Part shown: in pieces, positions 1 through 12,596 of the stretch
Position numbering within the stretch: position 1 is the stretch's first letter
Layout of the letters: the number at the start of each line of letters is the position of its first letter
Assembly: GCF_026571515.1 (NCBI RefSeq)
Contig: NW_026858607.1
Span: 1-64,000, forward strand
DNA: 64,000 nt
Direction: 5' to 3'
Source: Ruditapes philippinarum
Lineage: Eukaryota
Position numbers and translations under genes: made by a program
The notes under the pieces: model-generated
Told to the model about the DNA's origin: nothing
Database searches by the model: none
The model's input: the letters and a program-made list of their open reading frames with translations, nothing else

Positions 1-3000
1 TTGGGGCCAAATCAGTCTTTGAATGGTAAGTTTGATATTAATGATTACTCGCGCAATTTAAATATATCTAAATAATACTAAATTATGTATGAATTGTAAA
101 AACTTGCTTTATGGTAATTATAAGGTATAAATATGTTGATTTTTTGTGTGTCTATTGGTTTCTTAGAGTGTAGGCAGGATGGAATTTCAGAATATATCCA
201 TTTGGGGAACAGCAGCATTGGAGGCATATAGTCGTGTTTTCTCTGAGAGCGCTGGTATTCCTGCACCAACTTATGTAAGTTGCTACATACATATATTGAT
301 GAATACATGCAAGTTTTCTAACACTTATTGTACTTTTTTCCTGAAAAGGAATAGTAATACAACACTGTACCGTTTTGTTTGACATTCTATATAAAGAAAG
401 AGTCGAGTATACCCATCATACGATTAATGAACACAAGACATGTAACCTTTTATCCGCTTTTCCAAATTTTATCGAATTAGACGATTAGAACAGTCAATGA
501 TAATAAACTAATAAACATTTTTGTATTAATAACGGTATAGGTTTAACGTAACCGAAAACTTAAAAAACATAACATTCTACAGAAATTCAACATTTTTTTT
601 GTTCATTTTATGAAAACAAATATATTGTTTAAGCCCATAAGCTGATGTCGAAACTCGAGTAAAATCTTATAGGATTAATCGGTACCTCAAGTATTTGCGC
701 ATGATTAACGAGTTATCCGGTTGCATGGTGTATGCCCTTGAATAAAAACGCGTTTGGGCAAGTTAACGATTTTTGTGTCTCCTACTTCACAGTAGCTGGT
801 TGCCGCGACATAACTATAATTTCCCAATTAATACAACATCAGATCACTGATAGGTCTTTATATAGCTAGATATTTTAATATAAAAAACGTGTCTTGTTGC
901 TATAAAGTTTATATAATGAATGCCGACTTCTAATTTACTAAATCAGAGACATAAACATACTTTTATTTAACTTTAAAAAAGCTTGATCGTTTCTCTGGTC
1001 TTCTACACGACGCTTTTGTTATGTATGCAAACGCATTGAATAAGTCACTCGAGGCCGGCAATAACGTATCTGTGATGGACACGGCAGAGACAGTTCTCTT
1101 CACAGGTAAATGTTGTATATTTCTGTTTTATATTTGTTAAATATTATAAGAGATATTTATCCATTTTTACACATAATCAATGCTTTGGTCATACAAATAC
1201 AACTGCATTTACACTTTTTGTGAAACGATACTGTTTTAGATAAGAAAGAAAAATACGGTATAAATAAAGCACATTCAAAACGGCAAAATTGAACATGTCG
1301 CAGGCTCAGGTATGAGTATAAGTCTGGTATGTGTATAAGAATACATGTGAGAAAAAAGAATATCCGAATTTGAAATTGAATAATGCATATAATTAATTGT
1401 AACAAATAAACTTTTTATACGCCCAAATTTGGCGTATATTGTTATGCTCTTCGTCGTCCGTTTCGTCTGTTATAAATTTCATGTCTGCCCTGTATCTTTT
1501 GAACTGTTGGAAGAAAAACTACTTTGAACCATAATGAGCCATTGTGCAGAGCGCAAGTTTGACATTCCTAAGGTCAGTCAAGGTAAAGGTCACACTTAAG
1601 TCATTTTGTATGAATTATAGAATTTCGTGTCAGCTCTGTAGGAGGAAATTGAAACTGTTTGGCAGAAAAATAAACAATAATAAGTTGAAATGTGGAATGC
1701 AGGTTTGGGATCCCTTATATCAAAGTTTGCCCTTAGGGATCATTTGATTAATATAGACTTATTTGGACTTTCACAGTATTAATATCAACTGATATTGACT
1801 TATGTATAATATAATACACTCAGTTATCCTTGTTAAAACTGAAATACTCAGAGCTTGTATATTTTACATGACGCACTGTGTAGAAGTCGTCTACTAAATT
1901 TTATAGAAAGATGCACATAGGATCAGAATTGCTCGAACCTTTTGGGTAATTAAGTATTTTTAAGATGATAAAGATTGAATATATTTCGTTCAAGTTTCGT
2001 TAATGGGTATCTTTCCTTATCGACCTCGAACTTGTTTTGCTTTCATTAAGGCGTATATTGCTCAAATGGTGCTCTAGTTATCTAGCAGTAAATTGTTAAG
2101 CATAAATATCCCTCATGAGCAATTTAGATCAGCTTTATGATCAAATGTTGTTTATTCTATTATTTTAATAAATGTTTGTTTATTAATTGTTTTTATACTT
2201 CGCTGCGAGGGAAGGAGTTTATACTTAGTATATGTAATATGGCCTTTTTTCATGCATCTTTGCATATTTTATTTAGTTATTGTGTTGCTATTTAATGTAA
2301 ACCTAAACAGTATCTCTATTCACAGGTTTAACGGGTGATGTTACACAATATATTGGCTTAGGCAGGATAACTGATTCAGCTGTATACGAAATGCAAAATA
2401 CCAGTGCATTCGTAAAGATTTTAGATGTAGACATTAGCATAATAAACGATTCGAAACGAAGTAGTGTAATTATTAATTTAATTATTAAGTTGATTGATTT
2501 TTTTTCCGTACAATAGGTTTTATTATACAAAATTAAACCTTGTTAAAGGCATTTCAAATAGATGATAAAGACAAAACAATACTTCATGTACGTACAAAAA
2601 AGTATGAGGAATATAAATTCGCGGTCAATATAACTGTTATCAGATCAGAAAAGCTATATATTGACCTAAACATATCTATAATCGTTTGGAAAATTCAAAA
2701 TTGGCTCCCAGCTTTGTCGTATTCAAATGCGCCGCGCATTGAAGATGAGAACCTGTCTGGCGGTGTCATTCGGTTGATTTCCATATTCTAAGCGCTGCGC
2801 ATTTGAATACGGCAAAGCTGGGATGTACGAGTAAATGGAGTAAAACGGAATTAATATGGATGTTTATTCGCCTGTTGTGTTGTTTATATTGATGTCGAAG
2901 TTTAAATTGTCCATCATCGTGGAGAATAATATCTTCTGTGTCGATGGCCAAAACGATTATGTGAAAATATTGGAAATGATATAAAGTACATGGTGATTTT

Positions 3001-6000
3001 GAGCGTAGGTATGCGGGCGACCATGTTTTTATCATGTGTGTTATCATAGACGATGAAATATGAAATTTATATAAAGTTTTTTTTTATATATATATGATCA
3101 GTACATGTTCTGGGATTGACAAAGATATATTTTATTTAGATTTTAAGGCGTTTTGAGTCCACACCCCAAGTATCTGTGCTACAAGTAGTTAAATTAATTC
3201 TTTTTATACAGACTGTTTATGTTCAGGAATGAGTAACTAAATGAAAAAATATCGAATGACGATAATTTAAAAAAAAATTGAATTCAATACTTTATCTAAT
3301 TTATTCTTGCCTATACATCTACAGAACTGGACTGTATTCACAGATATTGGGAAAGTCTATCCTCCAGACACCCCGCTTTGTGGATTTTTAAATGAAAAAT
3401 GTCGCAAAAAGCTTAACTCAGGTTAGGAATTTTATATATAAGAGTTTCTGTCAAATGTTTATGATTTTGACGTACAATACATTTAAATATAAAATATACA
3501 TTTTGCTCTTGCTACATATATCTTCGTTGTAAAACGGATAAAATTATATTGGCCAAAACATTTGCCCGGACAGCAACGTACATATTTTGTAACTATAAAA
3601 GTTCGCTATAACTTTTCTGATATTTCATTTTTCTTTTCAAAATACAAAACTGAATAAGCACTAGAGAACATAACCATTCCTTTTGTCAGACTAATATTAA
3701 GAGAATGACTACAAACCGGAAATGCATAATTAAATCATTTTTAGTTATAGAGGAATGAAACAGCTTGGCATTAGTTGTATCAATATGTACAGCAGTGTTC
3801 TTGCTCCTCGTGGTATCAGCAATTGTTTGGAGGTTGGTTTTTCATTATATGTTTATATGATCTAAAGAAACTAACAACATGCATTTAAAGAGCTACTGAA
3901 AATATTGAAAATATGGAGTTTGTTATTTCTTGAATATTACCATCTCATGTAGATTACGATATATGTGTAATAAAAACATCATTTGTCTGTGCACATATAC
4001 TTAACTGATATGTGCCGTAATTAAAGTTACTCGACATAACTAAAAGATAAATATCTTATAAATGATGTTCTTAGAAATTTCTTTTTCTTCTACACTTGAA
4101 CCATCAATCAAGGCTCAGGTGTTCTTATACTTTATAATCTTAAATAAAAGCAACATGAAACTCAACAGGACAAGGATTACAAACAAAGTAACTGATTCCA
4201 AATTAATTTCAGATGGAAAAGGGAGCGAGATCTTTTGAAAATGACTTGGAAAATTGAATACGGTGATTTAAACTTTGATAACAGATCGAGGAAGATGCAC
4301 TCATCTGTGGTACAAATAGTCTTGTAAAATTGCAGACAGTGCATTAAATTGTTTTAGATAAATCTTGTAAACACTTGCAAAACAAAAGACATTGCTTTTA
4401 GATTTAAATAAAATATACGTGCTGAAAGATATCATTTATATAAATAACACTACGATATGGCAAAAGGATTTTTAATGTTAATTAAGAATGTTTCATTTTT
4501 CATCTCAGTCAAATTGACCGAATACAGGCAAAGTCACATAAGCTTTTGTTGTTTATATATGACAAATGGTATATATACTTGTAAAGCACTTTTTCAGGAC
4601 TTTGATAACCAGTATGGTAGCAATATAAACCAGTCAAGAGATTTAAAGAGTCGGACGTCAAGTGTTCAATCTGGTACAAGTTCCGTCGGTTTTAGACAAG
4701 TGTTCACTGACGTTGCAATATTTCAAGGGGAAATAGTTGCAGTGAAATATAGTTCTTTGAAAAAAGTTCGTGAAGATAGGGATTTCTTATTGAAAATGAA
4801 ATGTGTAAGCGTTTTTTTCTAATATTATACGAGGAGTGTTCAAATATGAATGTACACAAGCACACACAATTTGATTTTTTATAGAGTTCATTTTTTATAT
4901 TGTTCACTCAAAATATTCACCTCCAACATATTAACAAAGCTTCACTTTCCGGATTTAATGTTTGAAGGCGTTTTTAAAGTGTTTTCAGGTCTACTATGAA
5001 GACACTAGAATATTGCAGAACTTAAGAGGTTTGAGTTAAACGATATCCGACCTGATATAGAGACTTTTTTTCTGGTTCATCAAGTGATGAACTAAAAACT
5101 CCTTGTGCGATGACGCGTTGTCATGCAGTAATCTAAAATTGGTCAAACTTGTAGCGGGTCTTCGTTTGGGGAAGTATTTGCAAAGTTTTCGGAATATTTT
5201 GTCTTGTAAAACTTTGCATTAACAGATTTGCCTTTAGGATTAGCAACTCGAATGGCGGGACCTTTAAGAGGTCAGTGTAAGGAGTCAACTAGTGATCAAT
5301 AGTACCTCGTAGTTGCAAAGAAAATAGCATACATAACTTTTTTTAATACTGATGGTCCTTATACTTGAATACTGTATATCACCCTGCTATGGATATGTTG
5401 CCTGCTTTTTAAATTTGTCTTTTGACGTCTTATCTGTAATATGCAGGCTTTATAACCTCAGATCCCCTTTAAAAATTCCATTTTATTTAGTTCCGCCCAT
5501 TGTTTTCTCGTTTAGGGCACGCGCTTTCTTTTACTTTGGGACCATTCGCTGCTTTTCATGGAATGACACTGTGTCACATTGAAGGTTCCAACAATTTAAA
5601 GCAATTCACGCGCGCCTTTTCTGCTCATATATCCGCAAATGTGGAGACAATCTAGCACGGATCTCATTTTCAAGTCACATTTAGGAATGGTATGAGCTGC
5701 TCGTAACGAGATGCCATCTTTACAATCTATTTGCCTTGTGGTGTGTCTTGCATCGTTTTAACTATTTCTTTTACTATAGCAACCATCTTGACAGACGTTG
5801 CTGATTTAGGCCGACGGTCAAGGGTTCAGTAGAAATTCATTTTTACATTTGAATGTTTTAAACCAACGAATAACTGATGAAGAAGTCATTTAATATACAG
5901 AACAGATATTATCAAAATGCCAAGGAAACAGAGGCTCTTAATATAGAATCGTATTTCAATGGCATACTCTATCTTCAACAAACAATATTAGTATTACAGC

Positions 6001-9000
6001 AAATGAGATGACAATGCAAAGTGAGCTTTAAGCACAACTAAAGTGATGAGATTTTAATGAATGTGGTATTAACTTAAAGGTAACATGCACGTATATTATC
6101 TCATCCTATTATTTTAATTCGCAATATTGAACAATATAACGTTTAAGATGCATTCATATATGTTCACTCCTCGTATGATAGCATAACAAAGTAAAATTAT
6201 ATCTTTTATCACACAAAGGTTTCTCTCCACGAGGAATAGGGCATAGATATATTTATGTTATTGACAAGGTAATCTATAATTTAAGCAAATGATTATTTTC
6301 ACAGATATGATGGTTAAACTACAATTATGTCTCAATCATCAACATTTAAAATATAATCAATTGCCATTTTGTTATCACTTCATCACTGTAAGCAGTTCTT
6401 TTACATTCCAGTTAAAGGAAATAAAACACGACAATATTGTTATGTTTATCGGTGTTTGTTTGTCTTCGGAGAAAGTATGTTCAGTCTGGGAATACTGTAA
6501 AAAAGGAAGTATACAGGTAAAAGATACGAATAAGCTGTACAATCACACATGTATTTTTCTCATATTGAGAATTGTTTTCATTGTACTTTTAGTTCCTTCA
6601 TTTTCACTTTCATATAGGTAGTTCCATTATTCCTACAAGAAACTTGTTTAATAATCACTCCTGCTTTCGCTTTCTAAATTTGACTGTGATATGCAGGGGT
6701 TATAACCTCTTATTTTCTCTGAAAATTCCATTTTGTTCAATAGTTTTTATGAAAGAATTTCTATTCTCCATAAATTTGGTTACTTATAAGACCGTAATTT
6801 TCCAACATATGAATCGAAGAAATCATTCATCATATTTACTTCTTTGCCTTTTTGATTGTCAAATACGTTTGTAAGGTTCTTTATTTTTCTATTTTTTCAG
6901 GACATTATAGGAAATGAAAGTATTCGGCTCGATGCCATGTTTAAACTTTCTATTGCAGTTGATGTGTGTAAGGTAAAAAACATAAACAATAATATGTTGA
7001 AACAAAACATATTAAACCAGTGTAGTAAATCTTGAATAACACACTTGTTTTTGTTTAGGATTTGAAATGTTCTATTGTCAGATTTGTGTCGATATAATTT
7101 CAAAATATAAGCAAATCGATTTAAACGGAATTTTATATTCTTACTCGCGCCAAAGGTTGTGTTGTTGTATAATAACATTCATTATTGTAATAGGTGATTA
7201 ATATTATATAGGGTCGGGTGCAAAATTCTCTGAAAATGGTTCTATTTGTTTCAATGTCCATTATTATTGGCAGCCATCTTACTTACTTTACTTTTATTTA
7301 ATAAAAGGGATTAGACTATATCCACAACAACAAAACAATACGCTGCCATGGTAATTTGAGAAGCTCGAACTGTGTTGTAGATAGCCGATGGGTTTGTAAA
7401 TTGACACATTTTGGTATTGAGAGACTTACACCAGCCCCGGAAACTCCACAATCAATTGGAGAACATGCTTTCTATACAAGTTCGTATATTATATTCCGAA
7501 ATTCATCTCAGTACTACACTATTTACTTAACATAATTGTTCTTTTTGTTTGGAATGTTATGACCAAATCAACGACATTTTTCATTGTAGAACGTTATTGT
7601 GAATATAATGTTCATGTTTTCTTGCTGATGTGCAAGATAAAGAACGTTTTTAAAAAAAAATTGATTAAAAGCCCCCTAAGGTATTTCACACATTGTTGAG
7701 AAAAGATGCAAGTTATGTTGTAGTGATATTCATAGTTTAACATATCATTTTCAGAATTGTTCTGGACTGCACCTGAAATTTTACGCAAGATATTCCTAAA
7801 GAAAGAAATTGAGAAGACACCCCAATCTGACGTTTATTCTCTTGGTGTGATTTTGATGGAGTTGGTTTGTAGAAGTGAACCATATAGTTCACACCAAGAT
7901 CTCAGTCCAAAAGGTAAAATATAATTCGTGTGAAAAACAGTTACAATTTACGTTATTCCAGATTTGAATCTCTTTGAAATTTTACTATATCATTAAAACA
8001 CTTATAATATATAATAAACTTTGTTATGAGTATGAATTTTATATAAAAAATGAAATTGTTAAAGTATGCTATTTATACTTAAAAAGTTTCAACTTAACCT
8101 TCTATCAATATGACCCATCACTTATAGCAGCTTTGACAATGTCAGCAATAAACTGTCCTGTTTTGTTCTGTTTCGTTTTGCAGAAATTATTCTTAAAGTT
8201 GCACGGTCAAGTACTGGAAACAACATATTTAGACCAATCGTCTCGGACAATATGCTGGACCGTGAATGTAGTGGAATAGGAATTATTTGTTTAATAGAGG
8301 ATTGCTGGACTGAAAACCCAAATTCAAGACCAAATGCAAAGAATGTTCTCAAAACACTTTTGAAGATAAGCCCATTTAAGTAAGATTGTACCTAACAATT
8401 AATATTAAGTAGGTTTTTTTTAAATATTAGACAGAACAATTACTCATACATTTTTACATTAGGCATTGTATGAATTTTGGCCGAAAACAAACGACACAGA
8501 TTTCTTTTTAAAGTGAGTAGGTCTATAATAAAATGTTTGTAATACAATAAATATTTGCATTCAATTTAGAATTTAATACATGTAGAATTAAATGAAAGAG
8601 ATACTAATAGAATTTAATATCAGATATTACCACGAAATGATTATGTTTTGATATTGTTGGCAATACGAAATACTTTCTTCTAAATAGCATATCTATATAA
8701 AAGTAAATCATAAATTCTTTTATGACATCAAACCAAATGACTTAGAACTTATCATCGAAATTGTTTATTTCTTTTATTTTATCAATAATTGAAATACTTA
8801 TGGAAAATTTGCCACTTGTAGTCCAATTCACTTTAATTTTTTAATTTATATTTAAAGCTTTTCAATTGTTTAATATGTTTTGTTTGTATTGAAAATTATA
8901 GTGTCTAAACATTTGCTTCAAGATACTGATAATTTGTTTGAAAGTAAACTTGTTTTGTCTTCCTTTCCATATTGCTTGATACAAAAGGAAGCTTTGCGTG

Positions 9001-12000
9001 GTTGATAATATGATTTTAATGATGGAAAAATATACAAACGATCTGGAAACTATTGTCTGTGAGAGAACACAGCAGCTTGAGGAAGAAAAAATAAAGACCG
9101 AAACACTTCTCTTCAGGATGCTGCCAAGGTCAACAACTTTATTCATTGCAGTCAATACGTTATATATTGTTGAACATAAATGCATATAAAACATATATAA
9201 GATTTCTATGATTGGTAATCTTTAAATGTATGTACAAACGATGTTGAATTATGAGATTATTCTGGATTGGTGAGTACAATACTAAATTCAAACCGACGAG
9301 CACACAGCTGTCAAACTATTTAGGAAGAGGTGCAAGCCGAGTTCATCTTAGTAAGAGTCCAATAGAATCAGTATTGTTTTGAACAACGTTAATAAATGAC
9401 CTTTTCATTCACACAGCTTGTCAGATCTTTATTACTTCAAGCGCAATAAGGACTTCGTTTATATGTACTGTTAAACTTTCTTAACGAGACTATATGAGAA
9501 ACGATATGCATTTTTAATTTTAAACTTATTTTGGAAATGAAAACGAGGTTAAACTGTTAAGATTGAATCCAAAATTGAACATCACGCGGCGCAAACGCTA
9601 AAAATCATCTGTTATATTTTATAAGGTGTGGAATTTAAGGGCTTAGATAAATTAATCAAGCACAAACACTAGTTTTCTTTTTCATTTTTGCAGAAAAATT
9701 GCCAATGATTTAAAATTGGGAAATACTGTACAAGCTGAAGCATACGAGTCGGTGACAATTTATTTCTCTGATATAGTGCAATTTACAAACATTGCTAGTG
9801 AAAGTACGCCGTTACAGGTAAAATTTCTCGAATTCTGAATATTTTAAGATATACTATGCTCAAATTTTATATTAGAAAATATTTATAATTGCTACACTGT
9901 CTCTTTGTTAATATAAAATAAACATGTTTTACCTTCACACAAAGTAGATATGTTTAAAATCCTACACACTATAGGTGGTCACAGTTTGAATATGACTGTA
10001 TAGTCATTAAAAGAACGGCAGGTTTTTTTTTAAAGAAAATAGCAACTTGACTTGACCTGTAATAGGGAAGAGAGCTACCCTTCCATAGTACAAGGTATAC
10101 TTATTCTTTTATTCAAATTGGACAAAATCAGTATGAATTTCACAGATTGCAATACATTGCCGTGATTAAATATTTTACTCAAGGATGAGAATAGTATGTC
10201 TTTAAAAGCTTTTTTTTTTAGTTTCCATCGATGAAAATACAACTCGTCTCTTTAGGTTTTCCAGAATTGTCAATCATAAGAGCAGTATTTGTAAAGTGTT
10301 TGCTGCTATTGTATAACAAATAAGAAACACTTTTACTAAATCAAACCAAAACATTTTAGGTATTCAGTTACGATATAACACAGAGCTCTAAATAATCTTA
10401 AAATAATTTTGATCGTTTGTAATTGCAGATTGTATGCTTATTAAATGAATTATACACCTTATTCGATGAAATAATCAGCAGCTATGACGTCTATAAGGTT
10501 TGTTATGTTAATAGTGTTAAGTGTAATGATATCTTTAGAATTTAGATTCATGAAAATGACCTGTGAAATGAAAGTAAGTAAATGCATTTAAAACCACTTT
10601 GAATTCTGCAATTTTAGTATCAAACACTGTTATTGTAATATGATACAATAAATAACGTTATAAACTGAATTATATTATTTTAGGCGCTTTAAAAAGTATC
10701 TTGTTTTTTATATATATCAATTAAGGATATCTTAATTATTTGGAAGATATGAGTATATTAACAAACTACAAAAACTTAATATGTAAGCCTTTTCGTGTAA
10801 GAAAAAAAATCATAATTATTTTTTATTATTGATAATTATACCTAAAAACTTGATAATAACTCGTTTTCTTATTTTGCATTCAACGTGAAGGTAGAAACAA
10901 TAGGCGATGCTTATATGGTCGTGAGTGGTCTTCCGGAAGAAAATGATAATGAACATGTCAAGGAAATTGCCAGAGTATCAATCAAGATACTTGCTGATGT
11001 TCTTACATTTAGGATCCCACATAGAACACATGAGCAGCTAAGGATAAGAATAGGTATTTCAAGATTTTTTCAATTGCTTAAAGCAGTGGCAACACAGAAA
11101 GCTTACGTTAATGGGAAAAGTAATAGTGATAAAAACTTTTGCATTGCCAAAAATTAATATATCCTTTTTCAGTTTTAGCAAACCCATCCAATGATAAGAT
11201 GAAAGAAATAACTAAAGCGATGTTTCACTTTCTATGGGCAGGAAAACCAGAAAAAATAAAACGCAAAACTTTAAAACTTAATATAAAAAATGGTGGACTA
11301 AAAATGATAGACATTACATTTTATCTTAATGCAGTAAAAGCAAGCTGGGTAAAAAGGTATATAAACAAAGATAATGAGGAGTTCATGGAAACTTTTTGTA
11401 AAACACAGATAAAGCAAAATGGAAATGATTTTATCTTCCAATGTAAATCTTTCAAAAAAATGATATCAATAATTTATATCCACATAATTCGTTCATGAAT
11501 AATGTTCTTTCGTCTCTTGGTTTCACATTCAGCATGAGCACAATAAAACAAAAGATAATGTTAAAGACATAGTATGGAATAATTCTAGCATTAAAATTGA
11601 CAACAAACTGGTTTATTATAAAACATGGCATGATAAAGGCATCTTTATATAGAATCTCTTTATGAATTATAGGAGAAAAGCCTTTATAAATATGATGATT
11701 TTAAAGAAATTTACGGAATAGAAAATGCTGATTATTTAAGATACTTTATGCTAATAAACAATATACCAAACAATAAACCTTGAGAAACTAAAAATAACAC
11801 AACTTATATGGAAGAACAAGATACGCTTCTCAATAAAATTCAAAAATCCAAAACATAATAAACTTTTATATAATATCCACTTGAAAATGATGAGAAGGTA
11901 AAAAATAAAAATGAAGAGCAATGGGAAAAAGAAATAGATATAGAATTGAATTTGATTAAGATATATACTATACCACTACAATGTACTATAGATGTGACAT

Positions 12001-12563
12001 TAAGAAATTTTCAGTATAAGTTCATCCATAGACTTACTGCAACAAACACTATGCTTTTCAAATATAATCTATGCAATTCAAATTTGGTGTGATTTTTGCT
12101 GCAGTAGTTTAGAAAACACTTCATCATCTATTTTGGGAATGTAATATTGTGCAAAATTTATGGTCAAACTTGCATTCCTTTCTCTTATCCATTAATCTTT
12201 CATTTTTTCATACAGTAAAGAAACAGTGTTTTTTGGAGAGCTTACAACCAATATAAATAGTAATGTAGTAAATTATATCATTATTCTAATGAAATATTAC
12301 ATTTTAAAAATGAAATATCAAGGAAGAAAGCCCACTTTTGATATTTTTAAAAACTTTTTGCTGTTAAGGATACAGATTGAAGAAGCAATTGCACTGTCAA
12401 ATGATAAAATTGAATCGTACAAACAAAAATGGAGTAAATTATCTAACACTTTAACAAACAATACTGATGACTAAAACAATAATATTATGTAAATTAAACG
12501 TATAAACCATAAAACGTAAAAAATTAAATGAAACTGATTCACTTGTCTTTTTTTCTCCCTGTC

Positions 12564-12596
<33 letters not shown>

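Noticed and set aside
3756-3758. TGA as selenocysteine
   Set aside because: Not a Cys-homologous or redox position and no SECIS recognised after 13968.
10885-11157. ORF 10885-11157 as a single exon
   Set aside because: Cyclase similarity ends at 11053 (GT donor); the rest reads into intron and LINE.
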